The notes beneath the pieces are model-generated. The model made no database searches and was not told the origin of the DNA. It was given only the letters and a program-made list of their open reading frames with translations. Position numbers and translations under genes: made by a program. From Cupriavidus necator (GTDB lineage: Bacteria; Pseudomonadota; Gammaproteobacteria; Burkholderiales; Burkholderiaceae): a stretch of 32,000 nucleotides of DNA. Of the stretch, positions 1-7,252 are shown one piece after another; position 1 is the stretch's first letter, and every line of letters starts with the position of its first letter. The DNA is taken from the NCBI RefSeq assembly GCF_016127575.1, contig NZ_CP066018.1, positions 2,340,001-2,372,000 on the forward strand, read 5' to 3'.

Positions 1-1
1 C

Positions 2-751
2 GGCGCCAGCATTGCGGCCAAGGCCGCGCCGGACGGCTACACGGTGTTCATCGGCGGCGCGCACCACGCGATTGCGCCGTCGTTCTACAAGAAGCTGGAC
101 TACGACATCGAGAAGGACTTCATCCCGGTCACGGTGATCGCGCAGCCGCCGCAAGTGGTGGTGGTCAATCCCAACCGCGTCAAGGCCAACACGCTGCAGG
201 AGCTGATTGCCTACGCCAAGGCCAATCCTGGCAAGCTGAACTACGGTTCGGCCGGCAACGGCTCGTCGCACCACCTGGCGGGCGAGCTGTTCAAGCTCCA
301 GACCAAGACCTTCATCACCCACATCCCCTACAAGGGTGCGGGCCCGGCGCTGTCCGACCTGATCGCGGGCCAGGTCGACCTGATGTTCGACGGCCTGGGC
401 TCGTCGGCGCAGCATATCCGCGCGGGCCGCATCAAGGCGCTGGCGGTGGCTTCGAGCAAACGCTCGGCGGCGTTCCCCAACGTGCCGACCGCGGCCGAGG
501 CGGGCGTGCCCAACTATGACGTGTCGACCTGGTATGCGATGTGGGTGCCCAAGGGTACGCCCAAGGAGATCGTCGACCGCCTGTACGCAGAGACCGAGAA
601 GGCGCTGAACACGTCGGAGCTCAAGCAGGTCTGGCTTAACAACGGTTCCGAGACGCCGGCGTTTACGCAGGAACAGTTCGCGCAGTTCCAGCACGCCGAG
701 ATTCGCCGCTGGGCCCAGGTGGTGCAGCAGTCCGGCGCCAAGATCGACTGA
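2..751 (+). CDS. Bug-family (TctC-like) tripartite tricarboxylate transporter periplasmic substrate-binding protein, 5'-truncated by the window edge
   Basis: The frame is open from base 2, with no start inside the window. The translation GASIAAKAAPDGYTVFIGG...LNYGSAGNGSSHHLAGELF...YKGAGPALSDLIAGQVDLMFD...VPNYDVSTWYAMWVPKGTP matches Bug/TctC family hallmarks as I recall them. Stop is at 749-751. Confidence 0.85.
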   Translation, partial: GASIAAKAAPDGYTVFIGGAHHAIAPSFYKKLDYDIEKDFIPVTVIAQPPQVVVVNPNRVKANTLQELIAYAKANPGKLNYGSAGNGSSHHLAGELFKLQTKTFITHIPYKGAGPALSDLIAGQVDLMFDGLGSSAQHIRAGRIKALAVASSKRSAAFPNVPTAAEAGVPNYDVSTWYAMWVPKGTPKEIVDRLYAETEKALNTSELKQVWLNNGSETPAFTQEQFAQFQHAEIRRWAQVVQQSGAKID

Positions 752-795
752 CGGGGCGCCATGTCAACGCTGATCCGATGCAAGGGGGCGCGGCG

Positions 796-1578
796 ATGAG
801 CGGCACCGTATTGTTTGCCACGCAGGGCACCACCGCCACCGTGACGCTGTCGCACGCGGGCAAGCTCAACGCCATTTCCGCTCAGATGTGGCGCGAGCTG
901 GCCGCGGGCTTTGCACGCCTGTCCGCCGATACCTCGCTGCGCTGCGTGGTGGTGCGCGGGGCTGACGGCAACTTTGCCGCCGGCGCCGACATCGCCGAGT
1001 TCCCGGCAGAGCGCGCCGACGAGGCCGCGGTGCGCCACTACCACATGGCCACCATCGCGCCGGCACTGGCGGCGGTGGCGCAATGCACACACCCCACCGT
1101 GGCGATGATTGAAGGCGTATGCGTGGGCGGCGGGCTGGAAATCGCCAGCCACTGCGACCTGCGCATCGCCGCCTCGGACAGCCGCTTCGGCGTGCCCATC
1201 AACCGCCTGGGCTTCCCGATGGCGCCCGGCGAGCTGCAGGGCCTGCTGGCGCTGGCGGGCCGCGCCGCCGCGCTGGAGATCCTGCTGGAAGGCCGGGTCT
1301 TCGACGCCGCCGAGGCGCGCGACAAAGGGCTGCTGACGCGCGTGGTCGAGCCCGGCGCGCTGGCCGCGGAGGTCGAGGCCACGGCGCGCCGCATTGCCGC
1401 CGGCGCGCCCGTGGCCGCCCGCATCAACAAGGCCACCATCCGCCGGCTGGCGCCGCTGCCGGCACCGCTGTCGCCCGCCGAGCTGGACGCGCATTTTGCC
1501 TACGCCGAAGGCGCGGACCATGCGGAAGGGGTGGCCGCCTTCCTCGCGCACCGGCCACCGCAGTTCCGTGGGGAGTAG
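796..1578 (+). CDS. Enoyl-CoA hydratase/isomerase (crotonase) superfamily protein; probably not a canonical hydratase
   Basis: Crotonase motifs are present: GKLNAIS, RGADGNFAAGADI, EGVCVGGGLEIASHCDLRIA. An ATG at 796 is preceded by AGGGGG (783-788), so I prefer it over the ATG at 778. In a gap-free by-eye alignment to rat ECH (FGQPEILLG), the second catalytic Glu position is Ile (FGVPINRLG). Confidence 0.85.
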   Translation: MSGTVLFATQGTTATVTLSHAGKLNAISAQMWRELAAGFARLSADTSLRCVVVRGADGNFAAGADIAEFPAERADEAAVRHYHMATIAPALAAVAQCTHPTVAMIEGVCVGGGLEIASHCDLRIAASDSRFGVPINRLGFPMAPGELQGLLALAGRAAALEILLEGRVFDAAEARDKGLLTRVVEPGALAAEVEATARRIAAGAPVAARINKATIRRLAPLPAPLSPAELDAHFAYAEGADHAEGVAAFLAHRPPQFRGE

Positions 1579-1651
1579 GGCACGCTGCCAGCACTGCTTC
1601 CACACGCCATTGTTTTCTTCGTTTTCCTTAGCCTTTCGTTCGATCCCCGAC

Positions 1652-3205
1652 ATGAACGCCAACCTGTTCGCCCTGTTCGAATCCCGCTTCCCCGCCGACC
1701 GCACCGCCTGCTGCATCGAGACGCATGACGGGCTGTATTACAGCTGGGACGACCTTGACCGCGCCACCGCCAAGCTGGCCAACCTGCTGGCCTCGCTGCA
1801 CCTGCCCGAAGGCGCACGCGTGGCGGTGCAGGTGGAGAAGTCCCCCGAAGCGCTGTTCCTGTACCTGGCCACGCTGCGCGCCGGCTACGTCTACCTGCCG
1901 CTGAACACCGCCTACCAGGAGGCAGAGATCGACTACTTCGTCGGCAATGCCGAGCCGTCGGTGGTGGTGTGCAGCAGCAAGAATTTCGGCTGGGTGTCCA
2001 AGGTGGCGTTCCGCCACGGCGTCAACCACGTCTTTACGCTGGACGACGACCGCAGCGGCTCGCTGCTGTCGCGCGCGGCGGGCAAGCCAGATGCCTTCGA
2101 GACGGTCGCGCGCCAGGATGACGACCTTGCCGCCATTCTCTACACCTCCGGCACCACCGGCCGCAGCAAGGGCGCGATGCTGACGCACCGCAACCTGGCC
2201 TCCAATGCGCAGACGCTGCATGAATTCTGGGGCTGGCGCAGCGACGACGTGCTGCTGCACATGCTGCCGATCTTCCACGTGCACGGCCTGTTCGTGGCTT
2301 CGCACGGCGCGCTGCTGGCCGGTGCCAAGATGATCTGGGCGCCCAGGCTGGACATGGCGCAGGTGCTGAAATTCCTGCCGCGCTGCACGGTGATGATGGG
2401 CGTGCCGACCTACTACGTGCGCATGCTGCAGGAGCCGCGCTTCGACGACGACACCTGCCGCCGCATGCGGCTGTTCGTGTCGGGCTCGGCGCCGCTGCTG
2501 CTGGAGACCTTCGATGCCTTCCGCGAGCGCACCGGCCATACCATCCTGGAACGCTACGGCATGAGCGAGACCGTGATGCTGGTGTCCAACCCGTACGATG
2601 CCGCGCTGGGCGAGCGCATCGGCGGCACCGTCGGCATGCCGCTGCCGGGCGTGTCGGTGCGCGTGGTCGATGGCGAGGGCCAGCCGTGCACGCCGGGCGA
2701 GATCGGCAATGTCGAGGTCAAGGGTCCGAACGTATTCAAGGGCTACTGGCGCATGCCGGAGAAGACCAGGGAAGAGTTCACCGAGGACGGCTGGTTCAAG
2801 ACCGGCGACGTCGGCCGCTTCGGCGGCGCCATTGCCAGCCAGGCCGGCGAGCGCGCGGTGCCGGACAACTACCTGACCATCGTCGGGCGCAGCAAGGACC
2901 TGATCATCTCGGGCGGCTACAACGTCTACCCGAAGGAAATCGAGAGCTTTATCGACGAGATGCCGGGCGTGGCCGAGAGCGCCGTGATCGGCGTGCCGCA
3001 CGCGGATTTCGGCGAGGCCGTGGTGGCGGTGGTGGTGCGCAAGCCGGGTGCGGATATCGATGAAGCGGCGCTGATCGGCACGCTCAAGGGCCGCATCGCC
3101 AACTTCAAGGTGCCCAAGCGTGTGCACGTGGTGGACGAGCTGCCGCGCAACACCATGGGCAAGGTGCAGAAGAACGTGCTGCGCGAGCAGTTCGCGGTGC
3201 TCTGA
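1652..3205 (+). CDS. matB: Malonyl-CoA synthetase-like AMP-dependent acyl-CoA ligase (MatB family)
   Basis: ANL-superfamily motifs are present: YTSGTTGRSKGA, GYGMSE-like ERYGMSET, TGDVG, and a C-terminal PRNTMGKVQK. The N-terminal block RVAVQVEKSPEALFLYLATLRAGYVYLPLNTAYQEAEIDYFVGNAEP closely resembles Rhizobium MatB as I recall it. The ATG at 1652 (MNANLFALFE) is the first sensible start within the longer ORF 1394..3205. Confidence 0.8.
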   Translation: MNANLFALFESRFPADRTACCIETHDGLYYSWDDLDRATAKLANLLASLHLPEGARVAVQVEKSPEALFLYLATLRAGYVYLPLNTAYQEAEIDYFVGNAEPSVVVCSSKNFGWVSKVAFRHGVNHVFTLDDDRSGSLLSRAAGKPDAFETVARQDDDLAAILYTSGTTGRSKGAMLTHRNLASNAQTLHEFWGWRSDDVLLHMLPIFHVHGLFVASHGALLAGAKMIWAPRLDMAQVLKFLPRCTVMMGVPTYYVRMLQEPRFDDDTCRRMRLFVSGSAPLLLETFDAFRERTGHTILERYGMSETVMLVSNPYDAALGERIGGTVGMPLPGVSVRVVDGEGQPCTPGEIGNVEVKGPNVFKGYWRMPEKTREEFTEDGWFKTGDVGRFGGAIASQAGERAVPDNYLTIVGRSKDLIISGGYNVYPKEIESFIDEMPGVAESAVIGVPHADFGEAVVAVVVRKPGADIDEAALIGTLKGRIANFKVPKRVHVVDELPRNTMGKVQKNVLREQFAVL

Positions 3206-3217
3206 GCGCCGTGATGG

Positions 3218-3249
3218 GCAGCGCCCTGCGCGATGGCGCAGGGCGCTGC
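3218..3249. terminator. Perfect 14-bp GC-rich hairpin between convergent genes (candidate bidirectional terminator)
   Basis: GCAGCGCCCTGCGC (3218-3231), loop GATG, then GCGCAGGGCGCTGC (3236-3249). It sits between the matB stop (3205) and the stop of the minus-strand SIMPL gene (3254). The flanking U-tract is weak. Confidence 0.5.
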
Positions 3250-3253
3250 TGTC

Positions 3254-3952
3254 TTACTTCAGCATCTGCACCGACCCGTTGACCGACACCGTCACCTGCG
3301 TCTTGCCGCCCTCAACCGGCACCGGTACCGCAGCGTCGGCCATCATGGCCTTGGCAGCGCCGTACATGCGCGGCATCGGCGGCACCACGCCGGTTTCATT
3401 CAGGCTGACTTCGCGGATGGTGTAGCTGTTGTAGCCGAACAGTTTGGTGGTCGACTGCGCCTTGCTGCGGAACGAGGCGATGGCCTGCTCGGCCAGCTTG
3501 GCTTCGGCCGCCTCGCGCGCTTCGCGCGACAGCGAGAAGGCGATGTTCTGCACCTGCATCTGGCTGGCCAGCTCGCCAGCGAGCTTGGACACGGCCGAGA
3601 AATCGCGCGACTTCAGGATGACTTCGGACCGCCCGCGCCAGGTGCTGATGCGGCCGTTGCGGTCGGTGTTGGGGTGGATGGTGAAGCCGCCCGACTCGGC
3701 GGTCACGCCCTGGACGCGGCGCGCCTGCGTGATGACGGCCTGCGTCCTGGTAGACAGGCCCGAGGAAATCGCGGCCGGTTCAGCGCCTTCCTGCTCCGCG
3801 GCAAGCGTCAGGTGCACGATATCGGTCGGCACTTCGGTGACGGCCTGCGCGTTCAGCGACAGCACGCCCGACGGCGTTTCAGTGGGGCCACCGTGCGCCG
3901 AGGCAACGATGGCGGTGGTGCCCAGCAGGGTGGCGGCTAGCCATTGTTTCAT
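3254..3952 (-). CDS. SIMPL/DUF541 family periplasmic protein (YggE-like)
   Basis: 232 aa with a signal peptide MKQWLAATLLGTTAIVASAHG. The body (LSLNAQAVTEVPTDIVHLTLAAEQEG ... GGFTIHPN ... AFSLSREAREAAEAKLAEQAIASFRSKAQ ... VEGGKTQVTVSVNGSVQM) fits the SIMPL domain pattern. Confidence 0.8.
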   Translation of the reverse strand: MKQWLAATLLGTTAIVASAHGGPTETPSGVLSLNAQAVTEVPTDIVHLTLAAEQEGAEPAAISSGLSTRTQAVITQARRVQGVTAESGGFTIHPNTDRNGRISTWRGRSEVILKSRDFSAVSKLAGELASQMQVQNIAFSLSREAREAAEAKLAEQAIASFRSKAQSTTKLFGYNSYTIREVSLNETGVVPPMPRMYGAAKAMMADAAVPVPVEGGKTQVTVSVNGSVQMLK

Positions 3953-4066
3953 GTTGTTCTCCCGTTCAAACGTGATGGGTATCAGACGTGACCGGGTGCC
4001 CGATCGTTCCGCGACATTGCAAACGATTGTTGCGAAGCCGGCGCGGGCGCGCCTCCCCCGTCCGGG

Positions 4067-4891
4067 TCAGAATGCCTGCCAGGCCTTCCACAACATATAG
4101 CTCGCCAGGCACAGCAGCAACGCGGCAAAGACCTTGCGCAACTGGCTCACATCCATGCGGTGCGCGGTGCGCGCGCCCAGCGGCGCGGTCATTACGCTGG
4201 CCGCTGCGATCACCAGCAGGGCCGGCAGGTAGAGATAGCCGAGCGATCCCGCCGGCAGCCCCGGCGTCTGCCAGCCGCTCCAGACATAGCCGGCCACGCT
4301 GGCCGCTGCAATCGGAAAGCCGAGCGCAGCCGAGGTCGCCACCGCGTTGTGGATCGGCACGTTGCACCACGTCATGAACGGCACCGAGACAAAGGCGCCG
4401 CCCGCGCCAACCAGGCTGGACAGGAAGCCGATCACGCCGCCCGCGCCCGCCATGCCGGCAAAGCCGGGCAGCTGCCGGCCGGGCTTGGGACGACGGTTGC
4501 GCAGCATCTGCAGCGCGGAAAACCCGACGAAGGCGGCAAACGCCAGCGACAGCCAGCTGGTCTTGAGCGCCGCGAACACCTTGCCGCCGCCGATCATGCC
4601 GCCGAGCACGATGCCCGGCGCCAGCGCCAGCACGATCGGCCAGCGCACCGCGCCGCGCTGGTGGTGCGCGCGCACGGACGACAACGAGGTGAACAGGATG
4701 GTGCCCATCGAGGTGGCGATCGCCATATGGACGATGGCCTCGTCGGCAAAGCCCAGGCTGGTGAACAGCAGCGTCAGGAAGGGCACCATCATCATGCCGC
4801 CGCCGACGCCGAGCAGCCCGGCGCAGAAGCCGGTGAAAGCGCCCAGGGCAAGCAGGGCAGGGACCAGCACCGGCAGGTTGTCGAACTGCAT
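4067..4891 (-). CDS. TauE/SafE family sulfite/anion exporter-like membrane protein
   Basis: Polytopic hydrophobic protein with duplicated LLGVGGG / LVGAGGAF motifs typical of TauE/SafE (DUF81). I verified the ATG at 4889-4891 (MQFDNLPVLV...) and prefer it over the upstream non-hydrophobic extension reaching 4978. Confidence 0.85.
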   Translation of the reverse strand: MQFDNLPVLVPALLALGAFTGFCAGLLGVGGGMMMVPFLTLLFTSLGFADEAIVHMAIATSMGTILFTSLSSVRAHHQRGAVRWPIVLALAPGIVLGGMIGGGKVFAALKTSWLSLAFAAFVGFSALQMLRNRRPKPGRQLPGFAGMAGAGGVIGFLSSLVGAGGAFVSVPFMTWCNVPIHNAVATSAALGFPIAAASVAGYVWSGWQTPGLPAGSLGYLYLPALLVIAAASVMTAPLGARTAHRMDVSQLRKVFAALLLCLASYMLWKAWQAF

Positions 4892-4944
4892 CGTATCTTC
4901 AGGGTTGTTGTGATCAGCCTTGCCCGGGGCCGGCCGGGCAGGGT

Positions 4945-5385
<441 letters not shown>

Positions 5386-5495
5386 CAGCCAGTACTGGCG
5401 GGCGCGTTGGTTCTGGTTCGGGCTCACGGCGCAGCTCAGGAATCGAAGCAGATCAGGGCGCCGCGTGCACAGGGTGTGCACGCGGACGCGCAGGC

Positions 5496-5535
5496 AAGAA
5501 AAAAGGCGATGGTTCAGAAAACCACCGCCTTTTTA
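5496..5535 (-). terminator. Rho-independent terminator immediately 3' of the 6S RNA
   Basis: Stem GGCGATGGTT (5505-5514) pairs with AACCACCGCC (5520-5529) with one mismatch; the loop is CAGAA. On the minus strand it is followed by TTTTTTCTT, and on the plus strand by TTTTT. Confidence 0.7.
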
Positions 5536-5536
5536 A

Positions 5537-5755
5537 GGGGTCCCCGCCTTGGCCGCTGGGTCGGCATCCTGAACCCAAGTGAGGTTCAGAGTGGCTGCGG
5601 AAGTCGCATTTCGGGTACATCATCCACTCAGGGAGTCCAGGCCAGGCCCAGACTATGAATGCGACGACGCGCTCGCCCACGCGACATGATCCCGCACCAT
5701 GCAATGCATATCGGTTCAAGGAGTTTATGACCCTCACGAACCAGGCAGGGAAACT
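5537..5755 (-). ncRNA. ssrS: 6S RNA (RNA polymerase-sequestering regulatory RNA)
   Basis: It lies downstream of zapA on the same strand, which is the classical position. A long closing stem forms between 5' CCCUGCCUGG-U-UCGU..GGGUC (about 5750-5727) and 3' GACCC..GCGG-CCAAGGCGGGG (about 5562-5542). The 5' bubble motif CCUUGAACCGAUAUGCAU (5721-5704) resembles E. coli CCCUGAGCCGAUAUUUCAU. The 3' segment AAAUGCGAC...CUGAACC-UCACUU-GGGUUCAGG (hairpin at 5589-5569) resembles E. coli AAAACUGCGAC...UUGAACCAAGGGUUCAAGG. The E. coli sequence is from memory. Ends are approximate, about +/-8 nt. Confidence 0.8.
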
Positions 5756-5922
5756 GTCAAACGTCTGACTTTCCAGGCGCATCATCGTGCCCGGAAAACC
5801 GGATCCGCGTGCGGGATGTCAGACGTTTGCCGTTTCTGACTAGGATGGGATGAGAACGGCGGCCGGGCGCGATAACCTAGCCTGTAGCTGCACATCTATG
5901 GTGCCTCGTGCAGTCTGGCTAC

Positions 5923-5951
5923 ACTATACACCGCGTTGCAGGGCATACCAA
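5923..5951 (-). promoter_or_regulatory. Candidate sigma70 promoter (distal ssrS promoter?)
   Basis: On the minus strand: TTGGTA (5951-5946), a 17-nt spacer, then TATAGT (5928-5923). It sits in the zapA-ssrS spacer, about 165 nt upstream of the 6S closing stem. This is a sequence match only. Confidence 0.3.
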
Positions 5952-6020
5952 GTCCACTCGCGCGTATCGTTACATTTTGCGCGGCAGCGCGGCATCCGCA
6001 GCACATCCCCCTTTCATTGC

Positions 6021-6353
6021 TCAGCCGCGCGTACCGGTGCCCACGTGCGCGTATTGGCGCAGGGCCTCGTCGGCGCGGTCGTTGAGTTCGCGGATGCGCG
6101 CGCGGATGGCATCGACCGGGATCGCGCCCTCGGCCTGCTGCTTGCGCTGCATCGACAGCAGGTCCGAGGCGATGCTGATGGCGGCCATGACCGCCACGCG
6201 CTCCACGCCCTTGGCCGCGATGCCGTTGCGCAGCTTGTTCATTTGCGTGTCGACCAGGGCCACGGCTTCGAGCAGCGCGGCCTCGTTCTCGGGCGCGATG
6301 GCGAAGCGGTAGGGCTGGCCGGCGATATTGACTTCGACTTGCTTGTTGCTCAT
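6021..6353 (-). CDS. zapA: Cell division protein ZapA
   Basis: 110 aa. MSNKQVEVNIAGQPYRFAIAPENEAALLEAVALVDTQMNKLRNG...RVAVMAAISIASDLL is the typical ZapA pattern. Its ATG overlaps the stop of the upstream gene (ATGA at 6350-6353). Confidence 0.9.
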   Translation of the reverse strand: MSNKQVEVNIAGQPYRFAIAPENEAALLEAVALVDTQMNKLRNGIAAKGVERVAVMAAISIASDLLSMQRKQQAEGAIPVDAIRARIRELNDRADEALRQYAHVGTGTRG

Positions 6354-6682
6354 GCGTGTTCTCCGGGGGCCTTGTGCGGCTCGGCGTCCTGCGCCGCAGC
6401 CTCTTCGCCGAGCAGGTCGAGCTGGCGCGTGTCGCTGGCAGTCGGCAGCTTGTCAAGGATGGACTGGATGCGCAGCTGCGCTTCCTCGATCTTGATATTG
6501 AGCAGTTCGCGGTCGGCTGCCATGGCCTCGCGCTCGCCGCGCAACTGCGCGGCTTCGCCCTCCAGCCGGGCGATCTCGTCGCGCAGCCGCTGGTTCTCCG
6601 CCGCCAGGGTGTCCGCATGGTGCAGCACGCGCCCGATCTTGGCGGCCAGTTGTTCGAGTTCGGTGAGCATAGGGCCTGTCAT
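6350..6682 (-). CDS. ZapB-like coiled-coil protein (TIGR02449-type), co-oriented and overlapping with zapA
   Basis: 110 aa. MTGPMLTELEQLAAKIGRVLHHADTLAAENQRLRDEIARLEGEAAQLRGEREAMAADRELLNIKIEEAQLRIQSILDKL shows heptad-like, Leu/Glu/Arg-rich coiled-coil character. I verified the ATG at 6680-6682. The upstream part of ORF 6350..7204 is antisense to the riboswitch and was discarded. Confidence 0.7.
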   Translation of the reverse strand: MTGPMLTELEQLAAKIGRVLHHADTLAAENQRLRDEIARLEGEAAQLRGEREAMAADRELLNIKIEEAQLRIQSILDKLPTASDTRQLDLLGEEAAAQDAEPHKAPGEHA

Positions 6683-6836
6683 GATGGGAGAAGTGTCAGG
6701 TATCGCGATTCTAGCCGATGCGCCGGCTTGCACAATGCGGAGGAAAGGGTTTGTGACTGGCGACCCGCGTGGAAGTTGCAGGCTTCTGCACCTAAAACGC
6801 CACCAGAGTTGTGACAAAACACTACTGGCAGCCGCG

Positions 6837-6865
6837 TTGACGCGGGGGGCGAAACGCCCTAGACT
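6837..6865 (+). promoter_or_regulatory. Candidate sigma70 promoter for the riboswitch-btuB operon
   Basis: TTGACG (6837-6842), a 17-nt spacer, then TAGACT (6860-6865). The predicted TSS near 6872 falls right where the riboswitch-like sequence begins. Confidence 0.45.
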
Positions 6866-6872
6866 CGCGCAC

Positions 6873-7165
6873 GTTCCAGGTGCTCGCCCTTTTCGTCCCT
6901 GGCGAAAGGGCAGTTCAACGGGAAACAGGGAGCCAGGCCGGCTGCGCGCCGGACAGGCCAACCTGTGCTGCCCCCGCAACGGTAAGCGACCGCGGTGCGC
7001 ATCTGCCAGACTCCGACATAGCCGACAGCCAGCCTGCCGGCAACGCCGCTGGCAAGGCCGGATCCCATTCCCGGCCACACGCACCGCAGGACCGGCCACA
7101 CGCCACTGAACCGCAGGTTCGGGAAGGCGCCGGCCCAGTGTCGCCAGCCCGGATACCGGCCTGAA
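6873..7165 (+). promoter_or_regulatory. Cobalamin (AdoCbl) riboswitch
   Basis: The conserved elements appear in the expected order: GGUGC...AACGGGAAAC (about 6889-6927), GCUGCCCCCGCAACGGUAAG (6967-6985), GCCACUG (7102-7108), GGGAAGGC (7121-7128), and B12 box AGCCCGGAUACCGGCC (7146-7161). It lies directly upstream of a TonB-dependent receptor and cob genes. Confidence 0.85.
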
Positions 7166-7252
7166 CGCGGGCTGCCGCCCGTGCGCGGCACGCCTCATCG
7201 CCATATGGTCCGCGGGGGAACGGGCCCGGCCGTTCCTATCCAGTCCTGCATC

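Noticed and set aside
1671-1683. GTTCGAATCC, a tRNA T-loop-like string
   Set aside because: It lies in frame inside matB (codons for LFESRF) with no surrounding cloverleaf potential. No tRNA is called anywhere in the window.
3953-4066. Imperfect inverted repeat TTGCAAACGATTGTTGCGAA in the SIMPL-TauE spacer
   Set aside because: The half-sites match poorly (TTGCAAAC versus TTCGCAAC) and nothing else supports an operator or RNA structure. It is too weak to report.
5755-5760. Perfect TTGACA hexamer (minus strand) at the 5' edge of the 6S RNA
   Set aside because: No acceptable -10 hexamer lies 16-18 nt downstream: GTGAGG at 17 nt and TCATAA only at 24 nt. The hexamer is also part of the palindromic 14-mer reported separately.
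5453-5785. 110-aa minus-strand ORF (and 5407..5658 +) in the EVE-zapA spacer
   Set aside because: It overlaps the 6S RNA and its terminator. The region shows RNA-type conservation to E. coli ssrS motifs and a long closing stem, with no protein-like features.
5845-6012. My first candidate for the 6S RNA, directly after the zapA stop (GGGGGAUG...CAUCCC terminal pairing)
   Set aside because: The end pairing is short and imperfect, and the segment lacks the CCGAUAU bubble motif and the UGAACC...GGUUCA hairpin. Both are found in the 5537-5755 segment. The candidate also contains a promoter-like TTGGTA-N17-TATAGT in its middle. It is more likely a spacer or leader.
6986-7101. Possibility of two tandem cobalamin riboswitches, prompted by the B12-box-like AGCCAGCCUGCCGG at about 7028-7040
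   Set aside because: There is only one GGGAA...GCUGCCCCCGCAACGGUAAG core, and the first B12-box-like segment lacks the central GAGA/GAUA. The elements fit a single aptamer with an insertion better than two aptamers.
5850-7109. 419-aa plus-strand ORF spanning the zapA/zapB-like region and the riboswitch
   Set aside because: It runs antisense to zapA and the coiled-coil gene and continues through the cobalamin riboswitch. Its translation is Ser/Arg/Ala-rich low complexity. The real features in this interval account for the sequence.
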